Assembly (NCBI GenBank): GCA_016219285.1 | Contig: JACRNJ010000051.1 | Span: forward strand, 5,620 to 69,619 | Direction: 5' to 3' | DNA length: 64,000 nucleotides | DNA from: Deltaproteobacteria bacterium | GTDB lineage: Bacteria; Desulfobacterota; GWC2-55-46; UBA9637 | Shown here: piece by piece, positions 38,657 to 49,028 of the stretch | How positions within the stretch are numbered: position 1 is the stretch's first letter | Layout of the letters: every line of letters begins with the position of its first letter | Notes under the pieces: generated by a model | What the model was told of the DNA's origin: nothing | The model's input: only the letters and a program-made list of their open reading frames with translations | Database searches by the model: none | Made by a program: the position numbers and the translations under genes

Positions 38657-40633
38657 CTATTTTTGGGACTTTGTTAAAAGTTTTACTGCCTGATCAAGTT
38701 GTGCATGACTGCCCAGCAAAACCAGCACATCTCCTGTATTTATTGTTATATCGGCGGATAAACTTGTAACAGCCTTGCTGCCCCTGACAATGGCAATGAT
38801 AGTTGTACCTGTCTGTTTCCTCAAATCCAGTTCAACCAGTGTCTTGCCTATTACCGGAGAATCTTCTGTTATAAGAAAAGTTGATGTTATGCTGGCTGCA
38901 AACAAGCTGGAAAGCTCCATAAGTCTTTCCTTTGACAGAGACAGGCCTCTGAGCATTGCATATCCTTCATGCCTGATAAGGTCTATCTGATTTTGTATGA
39001 TATTTGTCGGAATGTGATACTCCCCCAAAACCCTGGCAAATATCTCAACCGATGTCTCAAACTCCTCTGATATTACCTGATTTGCGCCAAGTTTATACAG
39101 AACCTCAACCTCGCCTGTGTATCTGGTTCTGGTAATTGCGTATACTGACGGATTTATATCCTTTGCCGCTTTTAATGCCATCCTTGTTGCAACAGGGTCT
39201 GAAACTGCAAATACAATCACCCTTGCCCGTTTAATGCCTGCCTTTTTCAAAATCTCCGGGTGGCTTATGTCTCCGAATAAGGCGCGGTGTTTCTCCTTTT
39301 TTGCCTTGCTGATTCTATCTGCATTAATGTCCAGAATAATATATTCTATGCCTGTTGCCTTTAGCACACTTGCTGTATTTTGCCCGTTCAGGCCGTAACC
39401 GGCAATAATCACATGGTTGGAAAAACCCTTTGGCGCAGATTCCAGGGAGGAGATTCCCTTTGCCCCTAATATATGCGCAAGCCGCAAGGCAACACGTTGA
39501 CTCTTTTCAAATAAGAGCGGGACGGCAAGCATGGTAAGTATAGACGCGGCAATAAATGTTTGATACATCTCCTTGGAAAGGATGCCGTATTCTTCGCCTG
39601 CCTTCATAAGAACAAAAGAAAACTCGCCTATATTGGAAAGACCTATGCCGACAATTATGGCAAGGCGCAGAGGGTATCTAATTGCCTGGCCAATGCCTAT
39701 AATAACCAATATCTTCAGTATGAGAATTGCGCAGGACAGGGGGAAGATATACGGCAGATGGGACAGAAAATAGTCAAACTCAAGAAGCATTCCTATAGAT
39801 ATAAAAAAGAGGCTTGCAAACACATCCTTGAAAGGCAGCATATCCGCTACAATCTGGTGGCTGTATTCGGATTCTGATATAACAAGGCCTGCAATAAATG
39901 CGCCGATGGCCAGAGACAGGCCTGCCTGAGAAGTAAGCCATGCAATTCCAAGACATAGGAATAATGCTGTTATAATAAAAACTTCTCTATTCCTTAACCG
40001 TACAACCTGATAAAGGATGCGCGGCACAAGAAAATATGCGGCTGCAAGGATTAGGGACACAGCCAAACCAGCGGTCAATATGCTTTTAGCAATGAGAAAG
40101 GTTGTTATTACTTCAACCTTTCCCATGTGCTGCAGCAATATGACCATGGGGACAACAGCAATATCCTGCACTATTACTATGCCCATGGAAAGCCGTCCAT
40201 GAGAGGAATCTATCTCGCCCCTGTCGCTTAAAATTTTGAGGATAATGGCAGTAGAGCTTTGCGCTATTATAAACCCGAATAGCATGGCCTGAGGAAAAGG
40301 CTGATTAAATATTCTGGCAATAATAATTATAATAGCGGTTGTAAATATTATCTGGAGCCCGCCGCCGAGAACAGCCTCTCTGCCGACATTTCTCAGTTTT
40401 GCAAAAGAAAGCTCAAGGCCTATGGTAAAAAGAAGCATCACCACCCCAATCTGGGCCAAAAGTTCTACAGTGCTGACCTCGGTAATCAGCTTAAAACCAT
40501 GCGGGCCGATAATGACACCTGTAGCAAGAAAACCAACAATGGTCGGTAATCCAAGCCTGTAAAAGATGAAAATAACAGGGATAGATACGCCCATAAGTAT
40601 GATGATATCTCTAAGTAAAGGAATTTCTTCCAT
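38657..40633 (-). CDS. CPA2/Kef-type K+/H+ antiporter with TrkA-N and TrkA-C domains
   Basis: LLFTIGLE, SSTAI, GAFIAG, GEFSFVL, HVIIAGYG. Confidence 0.9.
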   Translation of the reverse strand: MEEIPLLRDIIILMGVSIPVIFIFYRLGLPTIVGFLATGVIIGPHGFKLITEVSTVELLAQIGVVMLLFTIGLELSFAKLRNVGREAVLGGGLQIIFTTAIIIIIARIFNQPFPQAMLFGFIIAQSSTAIILKILSDRGEIDSSHGRLSMGIVIVQDIAVVPMVILLQHMGKVEVITTFLIAKSILTAGLAVSLILAAAYFLVPRILYQVVRLRNREVFIITALFLCLGIAWLTSQAGLSLAIGAFIAGLVISESEYSHQIVADMLPFKDVFASLFFISIGMLLEFDYFLSHLPYIFPLSCAILILKILVIIGIGQAIRYPLRLAIIVGIGLSNIGEFSFVLMKAGEEYGILSKEMYQTFIAASILTMLAVPLLFEKSQRVALRLAHILGAKGISSLESAPKGFSNHVIIAGYGLNGQNTASVLKATGIEYIILDINADRISKAKKEKHRALFGDISHPEILKKAGIKRARVIVFAVSDPVATRMALKAAKDINPSVYAITRTRYTGEVEVLYKLGANQVISEEFETSVEIFARVLGEYHIPTNIIQNQIDLIRHEGYAMLRGLSLSKERLMELSSLFAASITSTFLITEDSPVIGKTLVELDLRKQTGTTIIAIVRGSKAVTSLSADITINTGDVLVLLGSHAQLDQAVKLLTKSQK

Positions 40634-40733
40634 ATTAAAAAGATAGTAAACCCCGCTACACCTTTCTGTCAACCCGAAAAATGATCTGAATGTATTTGCA
40701 TTTTTGGGGTGATTAAGGTAAAAATATAAATCT

Positions 40734-41027
40734 ATGAAAGACGAAATAATCCTGCCTCTTCTGGAAGAGGCAGCAGAAAAACTCTCTGTAAAGGTTTATT
40801 ACGACGATTTGAGAAAGGGCGAGGTAAACACACCGGGCGGCTCTTGTATGCTAAGGGGTGAAAGGCGCATCATTATCCACAAAAAACTATACACCAGAGA
40901 AAAGGTTGATATTTTAATGGAGATCTTGTCAGAAATGGATTTTGAAGATGTTCATCTGCCGGTGGAGATAAGAGAAAGGTTGGATAAGATAAAGGCCAAA
41001 CAAAAACCTGTGGCGGCGTCACATTAA
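40734..41027 (+). CDS. Conserved hypothetical protein
   Basis: 97 aa, GGSCMLRG...IIHK motif; no function recognised. Confidence 0.7.
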   Translation: MKDEIILPLLEEAAEKLSVKVYYDDLRKGEVNTPGGSCMLRGERRIIIHKKLYTREKVDILMEILSEMDFEDVHLPVEIRERLDKIKAKQKPVAASH

Positions 41028-41103
41028 CCCCGTTAGACCTTTTACATATAAAATAAGAGTGATAAAATATATTGCTTGTTTAAAAGAGGTCTCACGGGGT
41101 GAA
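41024..41103. mobile_element. MITE-like element with ACCCCGTTAGA termini
   Basis: ttaaccccgttagacct ... aggtctcacggggtgaa; second copy 53521-53611. Confidence 0.6.
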
Positions 41104-41181
41104 GGTCAATAAAGACTATGCACCCAAAAATAGACATTGATTTTTTACGGATGCAGCAAGCAGGGAGTTTTCAAGTCAAAT

Positions 41182-41965
41182 ATGGACGGCATAATAACCC
41201 TTTTAACTGACTTTGGAACACAGGATGGCTATGTTGGCGCAATGAAAGGGGCTATCCTCTCCATCAATCCGAGTGCAACAATAGTTGACATATCCCATCA
41301 AATCCCGCCTCAAGATATAATGGCAGGCGCGTTCGTTTTATCGCAGGCAGCGCCATTCTTTCCAAGAAACACAATCCATATAGCAGTAGTTGACCCTGGT
41401 GTCGGCGGAAAGAGAAAACCCATACTCGTTCAAACAGACAGATGTTTTTTTGTCGGGCCAGATAATGGCATCTTCGGCATTGCCTTGCAAAGGGAAAAGA
41501 TTAGGCAAAAAATCCATCTTATCAATAAGGATTATTTTCTTAACCGTATAAGCCATACCTTCCATGGAAGAGATATCTTTTCCCCTGTAGGGGCATATCT
41601 GTCTAAGGGATTTGATCCATCTGTATTTGGGAAAAGGATAAGGGCAATAACAAAGCTGAATCTTAAAAAAACCTCATGCGGAAGATAGAAAAATCACAGG
41701 CCAGATAATCTATACTGACAGGTTTGGAAACCTTATTACAAATATAGATGAAGATTTAATAAAAAAGGTTTTCAAAAGTAAAAGATTTGAGGTAATGATT
41801 GGCAGCTGCACAATAAAAAAGCTTGTTCCTTCATATGCCTATGCAAAGAAAAACGAAATAGTCAGTCTCATAGGCAGCAGTGGGTTTCTGGAGATAGCTG
41901 TGAGAGATGCGAATGCCGACGTAGTGCTTGGAGTTAAGAGAGGTGATATAATAATTTTGCAGTAA
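41182..41965 (+). pseudogene. SAM hydroxide adenosyltransferase / chlorinase family (DUF62), +1 frameshift at A7 41665-41671
   Basis: ITLLTDFG, VVDPGVG, GPDNG, TFHGRDIF; next frame gives DRFGNLITN...GSSGFLEIAV to TAA 41965. Confidence 0.88.
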
Positions 41966-41987
41966 ATACAATCACCGGCATGGCAGA

Positions 41988-42110
41988 TTATGGTTTGACT
42001 TTATGGATAAGCGCATCTTTCACTATTTTATCCTTTGGCATGTTATGACACCTTAAACAATCTACAAAGATAAAGGAAACCTTTCCGTGACAATGTCCGC
42101 AATACATTTT
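41988..42110 (-). pseudogene. Fragment of multiheme c-type cytochrome
   Basis: YCGHCHGKVSF..DCLRCH, two CxxCH motifs; no signal peptide or credible 5' part. Confidence 0.6.
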
Positions 42111-42314
42111 TTGATGGCTGGGTGTTGGCTGGAATACCCTTCTCTCTTTATATTTGCAAAAAACATTTGATAATATTATATTATTTTTCAAAACAGGCGG
42201 GTTGTTTAAAAAAGATGTCTTGCGAGGCTAAACGTTAAACCCTTTTTAAGAAAATGCCTGCAGTTTATAAAACATTGGAAAGTGATTTGGATAAAACCTT
42301 TGCAGTTATCTATG

Positions 42315-42465
42315 TATAGTGGACGACAAAAATAAGCAGATGTAGTTTGCCTGACCCAACCTTATGTTGGGCGCCCCATGGACGTATTTTAAAATCGCCG
42401 ATAAACTTGTCCCGTTATGTATTTAAACGGGATCGGCAGACTACAAATTTATGTCGCTGACTATA
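42315..42465. repeat. Composite repeat with REP pair and nested 27-bp element (42406-42432)
   Basis: gccgataaa[cttgtcccgttatgtatttaaacggga]tcggc. Confidence 0.85.
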
Positions 42466-42522
42466 ACTGAAGAACCCAGCAATTAAGGGTTTTTACTATT
42501 TCCATAACTCCGCTCAATACTA

Positions 42523-43029
42523 ATGAAAAGTTTTTTTATCTACCTCATTCTGGCATTGCTCTTTCTGGTAATAGAAAGCGCCCTCCTCTATCCAATACTC
42601 CCATCATTCTTAATTCCAGATGTTCTCCTTATCATGGTTTTTTATCTCGGATTTAGCAACCGCTCAACTTCAGGAGCATTAACATCCTTTTCACTTGGAT
42701 ATATTGCAGATGTATTTTCAGGAGGGATAATTGGAACCTCATCGTTTACCCTTGTATGTATATTTGCTATCACCTCCCTGCTTGCAAAGATAGTAAGTCT
42801 AAACAGCGTCTTGATAAAGATTGGAGGAACAATCTTTATGAGCATATTAAAGGGATTGTTGACATACATTCTTATCAGGCTCTTAAATCAGGAAATCCCA
42901 TTTTATATTATTCTCCTGCCATCTGTTTTCACAGGCATAGTAAGCCCATTTATATTTAACCTGTTTAAAAAAATTGAACTCAAGGCTAAAGTTGCGGCTT
43001 ATCATACAATGAAAAAAATAGAGTTATAA
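42523..43029 (+). CDS. mreD: Rod shape-determining protein MreD
   Basis: Hydrophobic; PDVLL, GYIADVFSG; upstream of mrdA. Confidence 0.85.
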   Translation: MKSFFIYLILALLFLVIESALLYPILPSFLIPDVLLIMVFYLGFSNRSTSGALTSFSLGYIADVFSGGIIGTSSFTLVCIFAITSLLAKIVSLNSVLIKIGGTIFMSILKGLLTYILIRLLNQEIPFYIILLPSVFTGIVSPFIFNLFKKIELKAKVAAYHTMKKIEL

Positions 43030-43033
43030 AACC

Positions 43034-44968
43034 ATGAGCGTTTATTTAGGAAATAATGAACCTGGCGAGCTTAAAACAAGGCTTTATATTGCTATCGGCA
43101 TTGCCATCTCATTATTTTTTTTACTCGCCATAAGGTTATGGTTCCTTCAGATATTCAAGTCAGGGGAATTCAGGGAGCTATCAGAAAATAACAGGATACG
43201 TCTGGTCAGAGAAACTGCCCCTCGTGGATTAATTATAGACAGAACAGGCAAAATAATAGTAGAAAACAGGCCTGTCTTCCACCTGGCTATCATCCCTGAA
43301 GATGTAAAAAATTGGTCAAATATAAAAAAGGCTCTGCCAAGTATTGTTAACATCACAGAAGATGATATTGAAACAAAGGTCAGCCAGGCAAAGAGACGTC
43401 CATTATTCCAGGCAATAAAACTTAAAGACGATCTGACATGGGAAGAGATAGCCCGCATTGAGACATCCAGATTGGATATGCCGGGTATAGTGCTGACAAT
43501 AGAGCCAAGACGGACATACCCATTTGGCAGCGCCGCCGCTCATACTATTGGTTATCTGGGAGAAATAGATGAGCGCCAGATAAAGAAACTTAAGAAAGCT
43601 AAGTATATGCCCGGGGATTTTATTGGTAAGTATGGAATAGAATATCAACTGGAAAAATATCTGCGCGGCAGCGGCGGCGGCAGACAAATAGAGGTAGATG
43701 CCGTTGGGAGGGGAATCAAGCTTCTCAAAAAAATAACTCCGGCACAGGGATATAACATCCATCTTACTATAGATATGGAGACACAACTGGCGGCAAATAC
43801 AGCGATGAAAGACAAAGTCGGAGCTGTAATTGCCATGGACCCTCAAAGCGGCAAGATACTGGCGGCATTAAGCACACCATCTTTTGACCCAAATTATTTT
43901 GCGGCCGGCATTGACAAGGAAAAGTGGAATAACCTTATTGCAAACCCCTTTCGTGTCATGGAAACTAAAACCATTCAAGGCCAATATCCTCCGGCATCTA
44001 CTTTTAAGCTAATAACTGCCGCAGCAGCGCTTGAGGATAAGCTAATTACCCCCTCTACAAAAATATATGCGGGCGAATCATTCTGGTTTGGAAATAAGGA
44101 ATTCAGGGACTGGAAGGCAGGCGGACACGGCATTATAGATGTCCATAGGGCAATCGTAGAATCTTCAGATACCTTCTTTTATCAGGTTGGCTTAAAGATA
44201 GGGATAGACCGTCTTGCATATTATGCAAAGGGCTTCGGACTCGGCAGAAAAACAGGCATCAACCTTATAAATGAACAATCAGGGCTGGTGCCATCCAGTA
44301 AATGGAAAAAAGATACCTATGGCACTAAATGGTATGAAGGCGAAACAATATCAGTATCTGTTGGCCAAGGGTATGTTACAACTACACCGATTCAAATGTT
44401 AAATGCATATGCTGCTATTGCAAACGGCGGCAAATTATATCTGCCTCAACTGATAAACATGGTGGAAACACAAACAGGCGAGGTTATCTGGAGATTTACA
44501 CGGCAGGAAATAGGAATGATTCCTGTATCACCTTTCAACCTAAAGATACTTCAGGATGCATTAAAAGGGGTGGTAAACGAGGCCGGTGGAACTGGATGGG
44601 TAGCAAGGATAGCAGGTATAGAAGTTGCAGGGAAAACAGGGACAGCCCAGGTAATTAGGCTTAAGCAAAACACGCCCAGAAAAAAACCAAAAGACACCCC
44701 TTATGAGCATAGAGACCACGCATGGTTTGTGGGTTTTGCGCCTGTAGAAAATCCTGAGATAGCGGTTGCAGTTATTGTGGAGCATGGCGGCTTTGGCGCA
44801 GAGGCGGCAGCGCCTGTTGCCAGGGAGGTTATAAAGGCATACCTTAAATCAAGGTTGCAGCCAGAAACTATAGGTCATAAACCAAAGGAAGTCATTAAAG
44901 ATTCAGAACAAGATATACAAAATACGGCAACAGCAGAGGAGTTGGCTGCCAATGAAATCAATGATTGA
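43034..44968 (+). CDS. mrdA: Penicillin-binding protein 2
   Basis: APRGLIIDR, PASTFK (SxxK), SSD, KTGTAQ, DHAWF. Confidence 0.95.
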   Translation: MSVYLGNNEPGELKTRLYIAIGIAISLFFLLAIRLWFLQIFKSGEFRELSENNRIRLVRETAPRGLIIDRTGKIIVENRPVFHLAIIPEDVKNWSNIKKALPSIVNITEDDIETKVSQAKRRPLFQAIKLKDDLTWEEIARIETSRLDMPGIVLTIEPRRTYPFGSAAAHTIGYLGEIDERQIKKLKKAKYMPGDFIGKYGIEYQLEKYLRGSGGGRQIEVDAVGRGIKLLKKITPAQGYNIHLTIDMETQLAANTAMKDKVGAVIAMDPQSGKILAALSTPSFDPNYFAAGIDKEKWNNLIANPFRVMETKTIQGQYPPASTFKLITAAAALEDKLITPSTKIYAGESFWFGNKEFRDWKAGGHGIIDVHRAIVESSDTFFYQVGLKIGIDRLAYYAKGFGLGRKTGINLINEQSGLVPSSKWKKDTYGTKWYEGETISVSVGQGYVTTTPIQMLNAYAAIANGGKLYLPQLINMVETQTGEVIWRFTRQEIGMIPVSPFNLKILQDALKGVVNEAGGTGWVARIAGIEVAGKTGTAQVIRLKQNTPRKKPKDTPYEHRDHAWFVGFAPVENPEIAVAVIVEHGGFGAEAAAPVAREVIKAYLKSRLQPETIGHKPKEVIKDSEQDIQNTATAEELAANEIND

Positions 44969-46055
44969 CAGAAGATTGTTGGGACATTTTGACTGGAGTA
45001 TTTTCTCTTTAACCATATTACTGTCCATCATCGGCATTATAAATATCTATAGCGCCACCATGATAGGCGGCAGCGGCAACTTGTATAAAAAACAGCTAAT
45101 CTGGTTTTTAATCGGCTTTGGGTTCATGACCGCTATCACCTTTATAAACTATATACATCTGGAAAGGTTTGCCTATCCAATCTATATTTTATCTATCTTT
45201 TTGCTGCTTCTAACCCTCCTTTTCGGACGCACCACATCTGGCGCCACACGATGGCTCAACCTTGGTTTTATATCATTTCAACCGTCAGAATTTGCAAAAC
45301 TTGCTGTAATAATTATCTTAGCAAAATATTTTAATACAATAAAAATGCCTCTTAAAGGACTATCCATAAAAGGTTTGATTTGGCCGTCTATCCTTGTTTT
45401 TGCCCCCTTCATCCTTATTGCCAAACAGCCCGACATGGGAACAGCGCTGATTGTATTTTTTATATTTGTTTCTATTGTCATATTTGCAAAGGTGCGCGTT
45501 AGAATCCTTGTAGGCATTATCCTGGCGTCTTTACCGCTAATACCTATGGCATGGCGTTTCTTAAAAGATTATCAGAAGGCGCGTTTGATGAGTTTTTTAG
45601 ACCCTGCCTTGGATCCTTTGGGCACAGGTTATCACATACTACAATCAAAGATAGCGATTGGTTCCGGAGGGTTTTGGGGAAATGGTTTTACACACGGAAC
45701 CCAGGGGCAGTTAAGATTCCTTCCTGAGCATCATACGGATTTTATCTTCTCTATATTAGCGGAAGAATGGGGGTTTATCGGCTCCCTTACAGTCATAGCA
45801 TTATATTTCAGCCTTATACTTTTGGGATTGAATATAGCGCAAAATGCAAAGGATAGGCTCGGGGCATTTCTGGCATTTGGCGTCTCGGCTATGCTTTTGT
45901 GGCATACAGCAATAAATATCGGCATGGTGACTGGAATGCTTCCGGTTGTGGTCGTCCCGCTTCCATTTATGAGCTACGGCGGCTCTTTCCTTCTGACCGC
46001 AATGATTGGGGCAGGAATACTGGCAAATGTCAGCATGAGAAGGTTCATATTTTAG
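44952..46055 (+). CDS. rodA: Rod shape-determining protein RodA
   Basis: FQPSEFAK, QPDMGT, IAIGSGG, PEHHTDFIF, LPFMSYGGS. Confidence 0.95.
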   Translation: MKSMIDRRLLGHFDWSIFSLTILLSIIGIINIYSATMIGGSGNLYKKQLIWFLIGFGFMTAITFINYIHLERFAYPIYILSIFLLLLTLLFGRTTSGATRWLNLGFISFQPSEFAKLAVIIILAKYFNTIKMPLKGLSIKGLIWPSILVFAPFILIAKQPDMGTALIVFFIFVSIVIFAKVRVRILVGIILASLPLIPMAWRFLKDYQKARLMSFLDPALDPLGTGYHILQSKIAIGSGGFWGNGFTHGTQGQLRFLPEHHTDFIFSILAEEWGFIGSLTVIALYFSLILLGLNIAQNAKDRLGAFLAFGVSAMLLWHTAINIGMVTGMLPVVVVPLPFMSYGGSFLLTAMIGAGILANVSMRRFIF

Positions 46056-46056
46056 T

Positions 46057-46214
46057 AAATTTCTAATTTCTAAATCCTAATTCCTAATAAATCCTTGACA
46101 AATATTCTTCCTGTCAAGGATAAAATATCAAATAGCAAAAAAACAAAATTTCTGTGATTATAAATTTAGTCATTGGGCATTTCATTGGAAATTAGAAATT
46201 TGGATTTAGGATTT
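46057..46214. repeat. Inverted heptamer arrays enclosing a ccttgaca..tgtcaagg palindrome
   Basis: aaatttctaatttctaaatcctaattcc ... ggaaattagaaatttggatttaggattt. Confidence 0.7.
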
Positions 46215-46227
46215 GTATCAAAAACCT

Positions 46228-46695
46228 ATGACCTATAACCTATCAGTAAAAAAACTTGCCATATTTCTTGCAACAGGCATGTATATAGGCTATTCTCCTT
46301 TTGCGCCGGGAACCTTTGGAAGCCTTTTGGGAGTAATTATATGCTTCTTTCTATCAACGGCAGGCCATTTAATATACGGAATTGTGCTATCTGTTGGTTT
46401 CGTTGTTGCAATATGGTCAGCATCAATTGCAGAAAAACATTTTGACAAGAAAGACCCTGGACAAATAGTATGCGATGAGGTTGTAGGATATATTATTGCC
46501 ATGTTCCTCGTACCGTTTACCTTGTTTAATGTAATTATTGTATTCCTCTTGTTCAGGTTTTTTGATATATTAAAACCCTTCCCTATAGGGGTAATAGACA
46601 AGAAAATGAATAGTGGTTTTGGAATAGTATTGGATGATGTTCTGGCTGGCATATATAGCAATATAACATTTAGCTTCATTACGAAGTTATTATGA
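46228..46695 (+). CDS. pgpA: Phosphatidylglycerophosphatase A
   Basis: PFAPGTFGS, DPGQIVCDEVVG, FRFFDILKPFPI, DDVLAG. Confidence 0.94.
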   Translation: MTYNLSVKKLAIFLATGMYIGYSPFAPGTFGSLLGVIICFFLSTAGHLIYGIVLSVGFVVAIWSASIAEKHFDKKDPGQIVCDEVVGYIIAMFLVPFTLFNVIIVFLLFRFFDILKPFPIGVIDKKMNSGFGIVLDDVLAGIYSNITFSFITKLL

Positions 46696-47195
46696 AAAAT
46701 GCCGGGGAGAAACCTGAAGAGGCTGTTGGGCGCATTCTTAAAAAATTGGGACTTACCATTGGCATTGCAGAATCATGCACAGGCGGCCTTCTATGCCACA
46801 GAATAACCAGTGTGCCGGGAAGCTCTGACTATTTTATAGGTGGAGTTATTGCATATAATAATGACTTAAAGAGGCATATCTTAAACGTACCAAAAGAAAT
46901 ATTACAGAAATTTGGAGCTGTGAGTAAAAAGACAGCAAAGGCAATGGCATGGGGGGCAAAAAAAAGATTGGGCAGCAATATTGGCATAGCAATAACAGGT
47001 ATTGCCGGCCCAACAGGCGGAAGTAAGGCAAAACCGATAGGGACGGTATTTATAGCTATATCATCTGAAACAATTGAAAAAGACCAAAGGTTTCTCCTGA
47101 AAGGAAGCAGACAGGATATAAAACTTGCTGCCTCAAATGAGGCGCTTAAAATGTTAAAGGAATTTCTGGAGCAAGCCGACCATGTCGGCGTCTGA
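46692..47195 (+). CDS. cinA: CinA C-terminal / PncC NMN deamidase
   Basis: AESCTGG, PGSS, GAVS, ITGIAGP. Confidence 0.9.
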   Translation: MKNAGEKPEEAVGRILKKLGLTIGIAESCTGGLLCHRITSVPGSSDYFIGGVIAYNNDLKRHILNVPKEILQKFGAVSKKTAKAMAWGAKKRLGSNIGIAITGIAGPTGGSKAKPIGTVFIAISSETIEKDQRFLLKGSRQDIKLAASNEALKMLKEFLEQADHVGV

Positions 47196-47224
47196 ACGGC
47201 AACACGGTTGCCTTGATCCAAAAT

Positions 47225-47800
47225 ATGGAAGAAGATAAAACCATCAGGACATTCATTGCCATAGAATTGCCGGTAAGAATATCTGATGAATTAAACAAGG
47301 TTCAGAATGAATTAAAAGACGGTGCTAATAAAGTAACATGGGTCAAGACAGGAAATATCCACCTTACCGTAAAATTTCTTGGCAATATAGAAACTAACAG
47401 GATAAATAGCATAGAGCAGATATTGGAAAGTGTGGTTTGTAAAGGCCATATTTTTAATATAACCATTAAAGGAATCGGGGTATTCCCCAGTATGAATAAT
47501 CCGAGGGTGATATGGATTGGCGTAGAAGAAAATGGCACAAACCTGGCTCAGCTTTATAACAATCTTGAAGATGGCCTTACAACACTGGGTTTTGAAAAAG
47601 AAGAGAGGATTTTCAAACCACATCTTACCATGGGAAGGATCAAGTTTCTAAAAGATAAAAAACTTTTAAAGCAGCGATTGGAAAAAAATGCGGATATAAA
47701 CCTTGGGCAATTTGCAGTAGACAGCCTATGCCTTTTTGAAAGTAAGCTAACACCGGAAGGAGTGGTTTATACAAAATTGAAAAAGGCGAAGCTAAAATAA
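47225..47800 (+). CDS. thpR: RNA 2',3'-cyclic phosphodiesterase
   Basis: Two HLT motifs, PRVIW. Confidence 0.92.
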   Translation: MEEDKTIRTFIAIELPVRISDELNKVQNELKDGANKVTWVKTGNIHLTVKFLGNIETNRINSIEQILESVVCKGHIFNITIKGIGVFPSMNNPRVIWIGVEENGTNLAQLYNNLEDGLTTLGFEKEERIFKPHLTMGRIKFLKDKKLLKQRLEKNADINLGQFAVDSLCLFESKLTPEGVVYTKLKKAKLK

Positions 47801-47891
47801 CTACTAGTCAGAGTGTTAAAGAATCAGAATATAAAAGTAAACTCTGACTCTATGAATCTTTGACTCTTTGACACTAAAAAAGGAGGCCTCA

Positions 47892-48971
47892 ATGGCAGCA
47901 ACAGATAAAGAAAAGGCAATTGACCTGGCAATAGGCCAGATTGAGAAACAGTTTGGAAAAGGTTCTATCATGCGGCTGGACAAGGAGACAGGCATAGCCG
48001 CTGACATACCTGTAATATCCACAGGCTCTGCTGCCATCAACATAGCCCTCGGCACCGGCGGAGTCCCAAGGGGAAGGGTGGTTGAGATATTTGGACCTGA
48101 GTCTTCAGGAAAAACCACCCTCACCCTTCATATAATAGCCGAAGCGCAGAAAGCAGGCGGAACCGCCGCATTTATAGATGCGGAACATGCGCTGGATTTA
48201 GAATATGCCAGAAAACTTGGCGTAAAAACCAGCGAACTCCTTTTATCGCAGCCTGACACAGGCGAACAGGCCCTTGAGATTGCAGAGGTGCTTATAAGGA
48301 GCGGCGCAATTGATGTTCTTGCCATAGATTCTGTCGCAGCGCTTGTGCCGCGGGCTGAACTGGAAGGAGAAATGGGCGATGCCCATATGGGCCTTCAGGC
48401 AAGGCTTATGAGCCAGGCGCTGAGAAAGCTTACATCAACCATAAGCAAGTCAAAGACGTGCATGATTTTTATCAACCAGATAAGGCAAAAGATAGGCGTA
48501 ATGTTCGGAAACCCGGAGACCACCACAGGCGGAAACGCCTTAAAATTCTATGCCTCTGTAAGGATAGATATAAGGAGAATCGGAGCCATTAAACAGGGAG
48601 AAGATGTCATAGGCAACAGGACAAGGGTGAAGATTGTGAAAAACAAACTTGCGCCGCCGTTTAAGGACGCTGAGTTAGACATACTCTATAATGAAGGCAT
48701 ATCCAGGGAAGGAGATTTGATTGACCTTGGCGTTCAGTCATCTATAATTGAGAAAAGCGGCGTATGGTTTTCTTATAATGGAGAGAGAATGGGACAAGGC
48801 AGGGAAGCCGCAAGGCTTTATCTAAAAGAACATGGCAGCATTGCCTCTGATGTGGAAAAAAAGATATACCAGCATCTTGGCATAAACCTTGCTAAAAAGG
48901 AAACACCTCCTGTAAAAACAGAAGAAAAGACAAAATTGTCCAGCATGGTAAAAGGGAAAAAAGAGGCCTGA
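47892..48971 (+). CDS. recA: Recombinase A
   Basis: [36 protein letters not shown]. Confidence 0.99.
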   Translation: MAATDKEKAIDLAIGQIEKQFGKGSIMRLDKETGIAADIPVISTGSAAINIALGTGGVPRGRVVEIFGPESSGKTTLTLHIIAEAQKAGGTAAFIDAEHALDLEYARKLGVKTSELLLSQPDTGEQALEIAEVLIRSGAIDVLAIDSVAALVPRAELEGEMGDAHMGLQARLMSQALRKLTSTISKSKTCMIFINQIRQKIGVMFGNPETTTGGNALKFYASVRIDIRRIGAIKQGEDVIGNRTRVKIVKNKLAPPFKDAELDILYNEGISREGDLIDLGVQSSIIEKSGVWFSYNGERMGQGREAARLYLKEHGSIASDVEKKIYQHLGINLAKKETPPVKTEEKTKLSSMVKGKKEA

Positions 48972-49028
48972 TTGCCGGAATTATGACAACCGATTAGAAA
49001 CCATTAAAGCAAAGGGGTATAGAAGATA

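Noticed and set aside
41182-41965. DUF62 SAM hydrolase as part of the SAM-AMP CRISPR system
   Set aside because: It is about 18 kb away in housekeeping context, and the family is widespread.
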